Origin: Fistulifera solaris
Taxonomy: Eukaryota
DNA length: 64,000 bases
Assembly: GCA_030295235.1 (NCBI GenBank)
Contig: AP026125.1
Span: forward strand, 1,922,001 to 1,986,000
Direction: 5' to 3'
The notes under the pieces were generated by a model. That model did not search any database, was not told where the DNA came from, and saw only the letters and a program-made list of their open reading frames with translations. Below, piece after piece: positions 26,249 to 38,050 of the stretch. Positions within the stretch are counted from its first letter, which is position 1. Each line of letters starts with the position of its first letter. The translations under genes and the position numbers were made by a program.

Positions 26249-27147
26249 GATTGGAGTGCAACCATTGTGTCGTTGAGTCTTTGCTAATTGTCGTTTCATG
26301 ATTTAAACACGCTGATTTCTATCAGGTATCAAATCACCTAGCCTTCATTCATTAAGGAATTATACAGACAGCAACAAGAGATGAAATTGTTAGAAGAACA
26401 AATAACAACATAAAAGATGCCGCGCTTTCTCATTGCTCGCTTATTTTTTCGGCTGCTTGCAGCTTGCAGCTTCAAGCCTTCTCGTCCCACCCTTGCGATG
26501 ACGTAGGACGTTGCGTCACAATGAGGGACTGGATTTCAGTTGAGTCGGAAATCATCTCCCTACCTGCAGGATCTTTGGCCATTTTGGTCAACGTTGTTGG
26601 CGTCGTCTTTTCACTTAACAAAAGCATCAAAAACAATAACAACGAAACATAAGTATTTTGTATTGCAATTGCGTGATGTTGGACATCCATGTGTCCCATA
26701 GCGTGAAGGGAGCTGAATGCATCATCCCAGTACCTTGTCTTCCACTTTCCCTGATTTGAAGTGCTATTTTACACCTTAAAAGGAAGTCAGATTGTTATCA
26801 ATGACAAGCAATGTGTTTAGGCAATTCGTTTGCCCTGGTATTTTGACGATGATAAGGGGGTGAAATCCTAGTCGATCAAAAATATTCGCAAAGCTCTTTC
26901 AAGATTCATATCTTACCGGTAATCCTTAGTACTTTGTGTCATATAGTGCTTACTATGTGGCAACGACGTTCATAACGACCACAAAAACCGCCAACGCAGA
27001 CTTATAGCGCGTTCGGCATGCGTTCGCGGTGAAGATTTTTTTTCGGGTTCGTTTTTATTCCTTCGCATTCACAACTCCTAGCATGTAAAAGGCTTCGAAC
27101 CATCTTTGGGATTGCAGCCTTCCTTTTACCTCAACCACAAAACGACG

Positions 27148-28457
27148 ATGCGAATAGTTATCCCTTTGTTCGCTTGTTTTCTTTCCTCCAATTTGGCTCA
27201 AAGTTTTTCTCCCGAACGTAGACTATTCAACAAGATTACGCCACTTTCTGTTAGTACATCTGCTGACGAGATGACCAAAGAAACCTTATTTGGTAGGTCG
27301 ACATGAGACTTCCTGTTTACATTAACCTCGCGGTACATGTCTCATCCGTTCATTGCCTTTCTTTCAGCCGATAAAACCCGCTCCAACGTGGAAGAATATT
27401 ACGGCAAGACGCTTCAAACATCGAGCGATCTCAAGACGAACGCGTGCTTGACGGCCGGCAGTCCCCCCAAATTCATCCGGGAATGTTTGAAAAACGTGCA
27501 TCCTACGGTCATGGCGAAATACTACGGTTGTGGCTTGTGTATTCCGCAATATGATTTGACCGGTTGCAATATTTTGGATTTGGGCTGTGGCGCCGGTCGC
27601 GATGTGTATCTTGCCGCACAATTGGTGGGTGCAAACGGCCGCGTAGTTGGAGTCGATATGACGGATGCACAACTCGATGTTGCTCGGGAGCATCAGAATT
27701 ATCATGCCGAGAAGTTTGGTTACAAGAACACGGCATTCTACAAGGGATATTTGGAGTCGTTGAGCGATGTCAAAGAGTTGGAGAAGGGATCCTTTGACGT
27801 CATTATCAGTAATTGCGTCATCAACTTGTGTACCGATAAGGAAGCGGTGCTCAAGTCTTGCTTTGAATTGCTCAAGCCGGGCGGAGAATTGTACTTTTCC
27901 GACGTGTACTCGAATCGTCGAGTTCCTCAAGTTCTGAGGGAAGATAGTGTCCTCTGGGGCGAATGTATTAGCGGAGCACTCTACTGGAACGATTTCGAGA
28001 ACTTGGCCAAAAGTGCGGATTCCCTGATCCTCGTCTTGTAGAAGATGCGCCGGTGACAATTAAGAATAAAGATGTGCAGGAGCTGGTGGAGAATCAAGGA
28101 CACGGCGGCCTTGAGTTTTATTCGGCAACCTATCGACTCTTCAAGATGGACGAAACTTTACTTGAGCCGGCTTGCGAAGACTACGGCCAGGCTGTCATTT
28201 ACAAAGGCACGATCCCGCGCGCTGCAACCAAATGGACGTTAGACAAGGGACATGTTTTTGAACAGGGAAAAGTGCACCCCGTTTGCGGAAATACATACAA
28301 CATGTGCAAGCACAACCCAAAGATCGCTCCGCACTTTGAATTCATCGGCGATTTTAGCACACATTACGGTATCTTCGAGGGATGTGGTGGTGGTCTCCCG
28401 TATGATCGAAATGGTGCGTCGGTTGACAAAAGCGGAGGCGCCGCTTCATGCTGTTAG
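27148..28457 (+). CDS. Arsenite methyltransferase-like (AS3MT/ArsM) SAM-dependent methyltransferase
   Basis: KTNAC, KYYGCG, ILDLGCGAGRD, DVIISNCVINL, LWGECISGALYW, EPACEDYGQ, C-terminal CC. Intron 27293-27367; frameshift ~28012. Confidence 0.88.
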
Positions 28458-28970
28458 ATAGTTGGTCTCGATTCATATCCTCTGGAAAAATGAAAGGCGT
28501 TACTCAACACTGATCATAGTATTATTCCTTTTACCATATGAAATCATCTTCTACTGCCTTCTTGTATTGACTTCTTGTCTTCAAGATTAATGATTTTTTC
28601 ATCTTGAAGTCATTTAGGCTGATACAGGACACATGATCTTGATGTGAACTGTCGTCCTTGTGGGCAACAACAGTTTCAAATGAACAGCAGTATTGTTCGA
28701 AAGCAGTTGTTTGCTTCAAAATCAAAGCTTCCCTCTCTGCTATTGTTCGTGTTACTAGAATAATAGATTACTGTAAGAGCTGATGTAATGAGAATTCAAG
28801 GCCCAAGAATATGTAAGGCCAACAATAACTAGAAACGACTGCGACTGTTCAACGGCGACCCAGTCCATTCTCCAATTCAAAGTATGCAAGACGACAGCCG
28901 CGCCGATCAGCGGTTGTAAGTGATCGGGTCTTACAAGGTTGAGTCGTAAAGTCTACCCTCGCAAACCATT

Positions 28971-29750
28971 TCAGGGATTGCTCTCAACAAAAGTCTTCCC
29001 TTGACGTTCGACAATGTATTTAACAAACTCGAATTGCTCCTCTTGGCTCACCACAAATTTGTTGACTCCCAAAAGCATGACTTCGTCCACAACTTCCTCT
29101 TCCGTCGCATTCACCAATAGACGGGCCTTCACTGGGGATCCTGGTAAATCCAAGTACATCAGCTCTTCGCACAAAGATAGCACCTGATCTGTATCTACCG
29201 TAGGAGACTGCGAAAGCCAGATGAATGTTTCGTCTTGTGCTGTTGTCTTTTCGTCAATGATACGTGCCAGGTTCGTCGCAATCATGATTGGCTCTTCTGC
29301 GAAGCATGCGTCATCCAGCGCAAAAGTTATGCTCTTGTTTTCGAAAACAATATCTTCTCCGTTTTCTATTTGCTGAAACGGTACAACTCGACTAAAGCGG
29401 CGGTTGCGCTCAATATCTCGCGGAGCTGTTTTGTAAGAGAAGATTCGGAACTCTGTCGGTATTTCCTCAATGTTTTTGATCTCTTTGACAATGAGTCCTT
29501 GTGCCCCGGACGATTTCCAATAACGCTCCATCGAATCAAGCTGTGTTTCTCGTAAATCGAGAAACAAAGATATCTCGTTTTCGTTGTGCATCGACACATG
29601 CATTCCTGATTGCGAATCGTAGTAGGTCGAGAGAAAATTGGTTCGGTGAACGACTGGAAAACATCGAGTCGACCTTTCAAGGCAACGAGCAAAAAATTTC
29701 CCTTTCACCATTCTATCCTGAACACTACTTTCACTTTCAATACAGCTCAA
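28971..29750 (-). CDS. Hypothetical protein
   Basis: 259-aa ORF; start uncertain. Confidence 0.6.
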   Translation of the reverse strand: MSCIESESSVQDRMVKGKFFARCLERSTRCFPVVHRTNFLSTYYDSQSGMHVSMHNENEISLFLDLRETQLDSMERYWKSSGAQGLIVKEIKNIEEIPTEFRIFSYKTAPRDIERNRRFSRVVPFQQIENGEDIVFENKSITFALDDACFAEEPIMIATNLARIIDEKTTAQDETFIWLSQSPTVDTDQVLSLCEELMYLDLPGSPVKARLLVNATEEEVVDEVMLLGVNKFVVSQEEQFEFVKYIVERQGKTFVESNP

Positions 29751-30141
29751 GAGTGGAGACGCGTCTAATGGATCATATACTTCGTTATTCTGATTGACGT
29801 ATACGTCTATAAAGAAGAACAGATCCTCGTCGTGTTTTTGCGTTATGCTCGTTTATATTTCTTTGCAATTGGCTTCGGCAGTCACGAGTCACAGCAGGAG
29901 TCACGAGTATTTATGTTGAATGCCGCATCGGCATCTGTGTCTGCCAGGTACAGTACATGACTGTACTTCTTACACCACTGTCCCCAACTATCTTTTGCTT
30001 CACGCATCTTCCAAAACGTTATTGCAAGGCAACCACGAGTTTTCAAGAAGAATAAAAACACTTTCCCCCTCTGGCAGAGATACAGCGTATCTACTATCTT
30101 TGATCCCTCATTTGCCATTGACGTTGAGGAACAACTACAGG

Positions 30142-30924
30142 ATGTCTTCGACTGCAAAGAAACGCAAAGCAGACACAAATGTGCACGCTGCTTCCGGCAA
30201 CAAAAAGCATCCTACGGAGTCAAATGCCGACGACCCCAAGACAGCCCGCGCAACCTTCCACGCTGAAGTTGGTTACAAACAATTGTCGCTCCAGGATATT
30301 CATGACCGCATTCAAGCATTATGTCGTCGTGTTCCTGAGATTCCAGAGTCTAACTTTGCTCTTTCTAATCATACGAAAAACGGTTTTACCGAAAAATCTG
30401 GAGACGCCGCCGAAAGCACCGTACCGCTCCCGAAAAACCCGTGTCCCTATGACAAGGAAGAGATACGCAAATGGGCTGCTTCTCTGCAGATTGTGATAGA
30501 AGAATTCAATCTCCTCGTTTCCTGTGTAAGTCCGGCAACTTATATTTGGGGAACCGATCGCTCCGGAGCCGCGGAGCAAAACCTCTCCTTGTTATCTGGA
30601 GAATTGATACGGTCGCAAGAACAAATCATGGCTCGTGTCACGCCAAGATTGAATGATGTGTTGGCACCGGTCGTTACGCTCGTGACCGACAAGACGGTCA
30701 CTAAAAAACTACCCGACGGCACGGAAGTCAAGCAAAACTACTTTGCTACTACCTTGGAAGATCCCGAATACGTGGATATGTGCTTTACGATTCTCGCCAG
30801 AAACGCTCCTTTGTTGCGACAGGTACTATTGGCGAACTATGACAAGTTGTTGCAGTCGATAGAAGACTATTTGGCCGCTCAACACAAAGATAGTCAACAC
30901 GACGCTCGTGGATTTGTGTATTAA
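30142..30924 (+). CDS. Hypothetical protein with N-terminal NLS-like KKRK
   Basis: Open frame from ATG 30142 (MSSTAKKRK) to 30924. Confidence 0.7.
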   Translation: MSSTAKKRKADTNVHAASGNKKHPTESNADDPKTARATFHAEVGYKQLSLQDIHDRIQALCRRVPEIPESNFALSNHTKNGFTEKSGDAAESTVPLPKNPCPYDKEEIRKWAASLQIVIEEFNLLVSCVSPATYIWGTDRSGAAEQNLSLLSGELIRSQEQIMARVTPRLNDVLAPVVTLVTDKTVTKKLPDGTEVKQNYFATTLEDPEYVDMCFTILARNAPLLRQVLLANYDKLLQSIEDYLAAQHKDSQHDARGFVY

Positions 30925-31054
30925 AGGTTTCATCGTTTTCAAAAGAGAAGGTTCAACTCGACTCGATTATTTACAACATAGTAATAAAGGTTCTCGTGTT
31001 GAATTCTACATCAACAATATATAAATAGGAGTACTTCATCACTGTTGTTCATGC

Positions 31055-32531
31055 CTAGAAATGAGACGAAAGCTGGGGTGACCATGACACTCGTCTACGA
31101 TGGCAGAATTTGGGTGTTACATCGCTGTCAATGCTCTCGTCATCCGGATAGATTTCCAAATAGGCGTAGATATCACGAGTAAGCGTTGTCGGAGCACCGT
31201 TACTAGCTCCGTCATCGTCTATAGAAAACTCAAATGCAGCATCTTTCGAGTTGGTAATGGTGACTGCTAATCGTTCGTCATTTCCTTGGCGACTCTCCCT
31301 CTGCGTCAAGGCATCACTCTTTGATACTTCGGTGCCCTTCAAAATGGCTGCAATCATAACAGGAAGCAGAGAGCAAATGGGGTTGTACACACTCAGTACG
31401 TTCATTCGATGAGAAACCAATTGATTAGGAAAGTCATTTGAAAGGCCCTTGCGCAGATACCAGCTTAACACGTTGAAGCCCTCTGGCGTCAAATTTGTCA
31501 TCTTGTATCCATATACCATAGCCGACTTGCGAGTGCTCGGCCCCTTCACCGGTTCCTTACTAAAAAGATTGCGCGACAGGCTGGCCAACTTTGCTTCCTT
31601 TGAGCTTACAGGCAGCAGAGACTTCTCAGACTTTGCATTAAAACCGGAAACGGCAGAGGGCGACAGGTCCTTATCATCTCTACTTATGGCACGCGATGGA
31701 GAAGATCTTGGTTTCAGCGCACGGTCCTTCGTTTCGACACATCGTTTACGCCGATTCTCAGTTGAGCTAGGCAATGTTCCCATGTCGATTTGATCGACAC
31801 AATGACCAGCTCGTGTGATCGATATCACTGTTCTTCGCCGAATCTTTTTGACAGTGGGAAGAACGCTGACTTTGTCGAAGGACTCTGACAAAACATGTTC
31901 TTCTGACTCTTGAGACTGGCAGCCGAATGTTTTTTCATCGCAGCTGCTTTCTTCCGAGTCATACGTACTTGTCTCCAGAAAGCCAGAATGGTCCGTGAAA
32001 TCCGATTCCATGAGGGCTGAAAGGAGAGGGTGCTCTGATCGAGCTCTGCAGAATGATCAGCCAAGGTATCATCATACGACACGGAATCGTCATAACTGCC
32101 ATTATGATTTCGTGGCGACTCAAAGACGTTCTTGCTGACCCGGCTTTGTTTCCCTTTACTGGATGGATTATACGTAAAATTTCTTTTCATCGTATCAAGA
32201 CGCTTGCTTGATTGTTCACGTTGCAAATCAACATTATCGACAACAAGACAATCGAACGCCTTTATCCATGATTCTGATCCATAGCAATCAAAGAGGTAAG
32301 AACAATGATAACAGCTTCAAGGAGGGACGACGAACGGAGTAGGATTACCAGAACGGCAGAAATGAACTTACTCATTATGGCTTTTGATTTATTGGGTTCG
32401 CACGAGAAACCTTTCATCAAGAGATCTACGATATTTAGACATGCTGTACTCGTCGCATCGATTGTCATGTCGAACAAATTCCCTTCATCATGACTGACGT
32501 CGGATTCGTATGAGCTGATAGACAATGACAT
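31055..32531 (-). CDS. Hypothetical Ser-rich protein (frameshifted/possibly spliced)
   Basis: Three successive same-strand ORFs (32531-32262, 32226-31825, 32011-31055) of similar composition. Confidence 0.5.
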
Positions 32532-33172
32532 AATCTGAACTCAAGAGAAGTGCGTGATGATTGTTTCGAGTAATTGTATTGACAAGCAAGGAAGAGATTG
32601 AATAATGTCAAATGTCAAGGCATTATGGCAATGCGAAGGAAGATCGGAAGATCGCGTTTGAATTTTGAATCGAATGTCGAATGGATTTCAAATCGGTTGA
32701 GCGGTACTCCACTTTCTCGTACATTGTACAAATTGCGGGCTCGCTCGCCTCAAGACTACTTTACACATCATACTTCTGTCGCCTATTTAAAAGCAACGGT
32801 CATTGCTAGGGAGCTTGATGATCTTAGCCTAAACAAGGATACGAAATTGAACAGCTCCCCACTCCCAACATCTTCAAATTTTCTTGACTTGGTGAACAAT
32901 GAATAGATTACTGCTGATCGATGCGATCTTTTCATTAACGAGCCACAACAAACAAAGAATGGAACCATCGCACCGATTATTTGTTTGTCTAGCATATCCT
33001 GTTACATGCAATACGTCATGGATTAAGCGCTAAGGTTCTTAATAAGGTTCGGTTTTTTAATGATCTTGCACACTACTGGTACTAATCAAGCGAATTCAAA
33101 AACACCAGGACAATATTTTCTCAACAACCACAATACCATTAACAATATTTCTCGATTATGCCACTCGTGCAC

Positions 33173-34135
33173 CTAAAGTTCGTCGCCTGAAGTCATTAGG
33201 TTTCCCAAAATAGGAATGTTCTTCACAAGCCCTTTCTCTTGCAGTTTGATACCCCCGAAGAAGGACGCCATAGACAAAAGGAACACGAGCACAAATGTGA
33301 CGCCTGCATTGGGTTTAGCACTACCATTTCCTGCCGCACGTCCTCGTCCGGATGCGTTGTCTTGCGCCGCAGTCTTTGACAGCTCACGATTCAAATCACG
33401 CTTCGTTTGCTCGAGAGTATTGTTGAGCATGTCACGCTCCGCCGTGAGGTTGACTGAAAAAGCGACGAGTTCGTCGTACTTGCGTCGCATGTTGGTAAGT
33501 TCCGCTTTCGCTTGATCTTGTGTCAAATTTTCGATGGGTTCCCTGCTGATCGAGCTATTACCATGAGCTCCATCGCCGGATCCGGACTTTTGTTACCCGC
33601 AACGACATGTTTGACGTGAAGTTTCTTGTTTGCGACTGCGGAAGTAGAAGTCGACGGAGAATTACCGACAGTCGCCCAAAGGGAGGTCAATTCATCATAG
33701 TCTTTGAGGGACGCCAATTTACTAGCATCTAAAATTGCTACGGACTGCACGAGGAACTTATCCTTGGACTGATCCAGCGTAGGTTGACCCAAGCGCTCGT
33801 ACGATTGCAACAACGAGTTCTTTTCTTTCTCGACGAGCAAGATTTGCACTGTTTGCGCGCCACCAGGCTCAATTAGCCCTTGATTTGGGCGCACCAAATA
33901 ACGCCGAGGCTGTGTTGTTTTAACCTGGTAATATAAAATGATATGATTAGAGCAAACGACGTTATTTTGTCAGTATTGTGTAGCAGTGTGCACTTACCTT
34001 GAACGCAATAGGTGCGCTCGACGCATCCGGGTGTCGTAATTCTAAGGAGCAACTTGGGGATTGCTCTTGATTCGACAGCGTAAACTGCAGCGTCGAGTCC
34101 GGATTGAGATCTAATACAGCGTCTGCGACCGACAT
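33173..34135 (-). CDS. VAP: VAMP-associated protein (MSP domain, coiled coil, C-terminal TM)
   Basis: IAFK|VKTTQPRRYLVRPNQG across intron 33925-33997; KDKFLVQS; TM near the C-terminus. Frameshift between 33530 and 33570. Confidence 0.9.
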
Positions 34136-34806
34136 TGAAAAATTGTTTATGAGTATGTCGCAAGTAAAAAGGATTCGCTGACAACGACTTTGGCAGCTTG
34201 CGAATGTACGCAATAATCGAGTCTTTGCTTTTCGCTGCAACGTGCGCGTTTCGCGACGGTGACGATGAGCTATTCAATGCGTTGCTCTCTCAGATAGCTA
34301 ATACATTGTCGTATCGCGTACCAACGGACAATAACTTGTAACCGTACATCAGTTGTGTTTCGGATACCGGTGCGGTACTACCATGCTTTGTACCTGGTAC
34401 GGAGTATTATACGGAGTATAAAATTAATGGTAACCTTAAGGCTAATGACGATTCATGACTGAAGATGACTCCTCATAACATGAGAAAGTGTCTTACAACT
34501 TACAAGTACCTTAGTATTAAGTACTCCGTATTTATTTGCGCCGATTTTATGATTGATTAGAAATTAGGTTAAAACTTGTCTATTTAACTCCCGAAGGCAG
34601 ACAGAGGTAAGGTTAGAAAGATCCGTAAGATCTGGTATGAGAAGAATCCAAGCAAACTGTGAGGGCAAAAGAAGAAGAGTAAACACTACGAAGCATTGCG
34701 TCAGATATTCAATAGAGTCTATAGTCATTTTAAAAAGGATCCTGTCCCGTAGATAGATCTTCAACCTTCAACGCCATCACGCACCAGCTACTCGTTGTTA
34801 AGAATG

Positions 34807-34869
34807 GTCATGAGTCATGAGTCATGAGTCATGACTCATAGGTCATAGCTGGTGACTGGTGACTGGTGA
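34807..34869. repeat. Adjacent 7-mer microsatellites (GTCATGA)x4 and (CTGGTGA)x3
   Basis: Read directly from the sequence. Confidence 0.9.
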
Positions 34870-35558
34870 CTAACTGGAAAATCCAACCATTGTACACAAA
34901 ACCGCAACGAAAATATGATTAGAAAAGCATTTTTGGCTAACAATAACAGACAGTGTGAAGTCTTAATAGATTAATGCTTTCTGACACCCCAGCTACGTAG
35001 TAGTTTCTAAAGGATACCAGATACTAGTACCAGATACTAGGTAAAGCTAAAGGCCGAAATTCAGATTTATGGAAGACTTACTATGAAAATGTCTGTTTCT
35101 TGTTGGACCTTTTTAACCCTCCTTCTGTCTTCTGTCTCCGTCTCGGTGGTTGTGTACTTGAGTTTTGACTTGTTTGTCGGGAACAAAAATCTCTGTAGCG
35201 AGTAGCGAATAATGCAGTAATGCAGTACATCCTCAGTCAGGCTAAATAATTAAATCATCTACGAGTCTACGAGTCATGGTTTCATTTTTCATGTGGAAAC
35301 TCAATCTTCAAAGCTTCAAGCTTCATTTTAAGACCAAAATACTGTATACGAAAAAGTTAAAATGACTATATGACCATCATTTGACAGTTGACGTCGGTCT
35401 TGGGTCTTGGGTGTCTTGAGTTTCAATTTTTGAGATGTGGTGGGCGTTTTTGTGATCGTTTTTTTGCTCTTCCAGTCGAAAAGCAAGTCGAGTGCAAGAT
35501 CACAAAAATATAACAAAACAATCCATTGCAAGCAATCTTTTGCGATAAACTATAACAA

Positions 35559-36284
35559 ATGAAGTTCTCAGCTCTTTCTTTCCTAAGCCTAATGGCTCTT
35601 GCACAATCGGAAAACACTTCCCTGCGAGCTGGTCTCGAATTCCAGAACGACGAACGTGAAGCTGGTCCATTGTGTGATGCTGCCGTCCGCAATGTCAAGG
35701 ATAAACTGGAGGAGAACTTACCCTTTACCTTCGATTGCTCTTGCACGTTCAGATTCCTTCGTCCGATCGTCTATAGCTGCTCGGCGCAAGTTTGCATCCA
35801 AGATATCAAAGAGATTCTTGGTGTGTCCCAGACACTTCCGATCACCGATGCCTCTTGCATGAACCCTTCGGCCAGTGGTACATTGGCAAAACGAAGCGGT
35901 GACTTGACCACAAAGGTGTGCTCTGGTTCCTCTGCTATTGTCCTAGATATTGATCAGATTGAAGCTAAGCTTGGGAAACCAATTTATGACGAGCCAACTT
36001 ACGAGATCGTTGTCCCCAGTTCATGCCTCCAGGTATCGCACAACGTCAACGACCTAAATACCTTCACTTCGTGCTCTGCCACTATTGGTAGCAAGAGCTG
36101 TGGTTGCACTCCTTGCGAGAATGGTAGTGGCGTCATGCTCGATTGCTCCGCGTTAATCGACGAAGTTCTGCCGGAATTTCTCGACGACGCCCTCTCCTAC
36201 ACTGAAGTGTGCCTTCATCCGGGTATTTACGACGGTCTCGGACGACAGTCGTCAGATCCTCTGCCCTTGGTCTATTCGGATTGA
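35559..36284 (+). CDS. Secreted cysteine-rich protein
   Basis: Signal peptide MKFSALSFLSLMALA and many spaced Cys (CSC, CGCTPC); intact 241-aa ORF. Confidence 0.8.
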   Translation: MKFSALSFLSLMALAQSENTSLRAGLEFQNDEREAGPLCDAAVRNVKDKLEENLPFTFDCSCTFRFLRPIVYSCSAQVCIQDIKEILGVSQTLPITDASCMNPSASGTLAKRSGDLTTKVCSGSSAIVLDIDQIEAKLGKPIYDEPTYEIVVPSSCLQVSHNVNDLNTFTSCSATIGSKSCGCTPCENGSGVMLDCSALIDEVLPEFLDDALSYTEVCLHPGIYDGLGRQSSDPLPLVYSD

Positions 36285-36680
36285 TTCTTTCGATGGATGC
36301 ATAAGCACGGACGCGCTGTTTTGTGCCCTAATTCCATTCATTTTCTTTATAATCTGGGAGCTAAATGTGTATTTATGTTGAATCTAAATGGGGATATTAA
36401 TTTTACTCTATACTAGTCTTCAACAGTTTTGTTTAGATTGTTCAGGTTCCCCATGTTTGTTTGCTACATGGTGCGGTTCCTCCTAAGCTTTTGACTGGCG
36501 AAACCGTTGGGACTTTCATCCAGTAACAAGACTACACTATGACCGATAGTACATAAAGAGGTTTCGCCAAAACCCAGCAAACGCTCTTTTTCTTCTTATT
36601 GTTCTTATGACCATCTCTTGTCGCCTTTGCGGCATTATCATTTGCAAGAAGCTTCATTTGCACGAGGGCGTGCAACTATC

Positions 36681-37940
36681 ATGAACCTAAGAGACAGAAG
36701 TAGAATGAAAGGTGAAGAGGACGACAGTCTGGAACTGCCAATGGGGCCTAGTTGTGTTTCTTCTTCTCCGTCTCGTTTTGCTCAAACGAAACCAACGGCA
36801 ATGCAGACAAACACTCCCATTACCAAACGTCGTCGAAGATTACGCGGAGAGGCGTCTTTAGAAAACTTAGCACGTTCTATAGTCACAGGGAAACGTGTTG
36901 TTTTCATCAGCGGAGCTGGGTTAAGTGTTGCTTCGGGTGTCCGACCGTTTCGCTCGGGGCGTCCGGAAGATGGATCATGGTTACAACCGAGAAACAAAAG
37001 TGAGGACAAGCGCTTTGCAGCAGCGAGTAAAACTGGATTACAGGCTGGATTGTGGGATCAAGTATTGTGGACGACAGCGACACGCGAGTCTTTTCGACAA
37101 GATCCACTCAAGTGGTACAATGAGTTTTGGATTCCTCATTTGGGAAGTAGTGGCCTCGGGGCGAAACCAAACGCTGGTCATCTCGCTTTGCAGCAGATCA
37201 TGAAGCGATTTCCGAAAACGTGTAAACAAATCACACAAAATATTGACGGCTTGCAATCTAACGACCCGCATGCCAACAATAAAAGCCTGGTTGAGATTCA
37301 TGGTAGAGCCGGTCTTTACAAGTGTCTGCCAGATTCCGACAGCGATACAGATTCGGATAGTGATGACGAGGAGGATCGACCTGTGCATTTAGGACATCGT
37401 CGAAAGACGCGCGATCTCAAACGCAAGCTTCAAGATCCCACTTTGTGTCCCTATCAGTATTTAGAATCACTCGCCGCGGATCAGTTGGTCTTGCCCGAAA
37501 GTGAGCGTTCTCATTTAGCACCAAAGAATGTCAACCCGTCTAGTGATGCTCCGTGTGAATCATTGAAACAGCTTTCGGTACCTCCTCGATGCCCTGTTTG
37601 CTGTAATATTGCCATGCCCCAAGCTCTACTATTTGATGAAGGTTATCATTCGCATTCCTTTTATGACTTTGAATTGGCGGAAGACTGGCTGCGCGATTGT
37701 GAGGTCATGGTGTTCTGTGGTACCAGCTTTGCCGTCAATCTGACCACTGTGGCTTTGGATCACGCCCGCGCAAGAGAAATTCCTGTTTATAACTTTAACT
37801 TACACGACACCCTCGTCGCTACGGCTAGGTTGAACGTGTCGAACATTATGGGACCGGCGCACGAAACTCTTCCTAAGCTGGCGGGGACCATTCATCGCAT
37901 TCAAAACGAGGATGGACACGACGACGAGCTGTCGAATTAG
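36681..37940 (+). CDS. Sirtuin (Sir2-family NAD-dependent deacylase)
   Basis: GAGLSVASGVRPFR, PNAGH, ITQNIDGL, EIHG, CPVC, GTSFAV. Confidence 0.9.
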   Translation: MNLRDRSRMKGEEDDSLELPMGPSCVSSSPSRFAQTKPTAMQTNTPITKRRRRLRGEASLENLARSIVTGKRVVFISGAGLSVASGVRPFRSGRPEDGSWLQPRNKSEDKRFAAASKTGLQAGLWDQVLWTTATRESFRQDPLKWYNEFWIPHLGSSGLGAKPNAGHLALQQIMKRFPKTCKQITQNIDGLQSNDPHANNKSLVEIHGRAGLYKCLPDSDSDTDSDSDDEEDRPVHLGHRRKTRDLKRKLQDPTLCPYQYLESLAADQLVLPESERSHLAPKNVNPSSDAPCESLKQLSVPPRCPVCCNIAMPQALLFDEGYHSHSFYDFELAEDWLRDCEVMVFCGTSFAVNLTTVALDHARAREIPVYNFNLHDTLVATARLNVSNIMGPAHETLPKLAGTIHRIQNEDGHDDELSN

Positions 37941-38050
37941 ACTCTTAAGTCTATGTGGACTAAAAATCATCATTCAAACAGTTTTCATTACATTCGTTTT
38001 ACGAAACACATAGAACACTGAAGCAGACTTCCAAAAGATCTCCAAACACT

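Noticed and set aside
26417..26652. Possible signal-peptide ORF (MPRFLIARLFF...)
   Set aside because: It stops after ~29 codons or needs a frameshift, and gives no recognisable product.
27364..28059. Long antisense ORFs here and at 753-1346 and 17719-18453
   Set aside because: Shadow frames of well-supported genes on the opposite strand.
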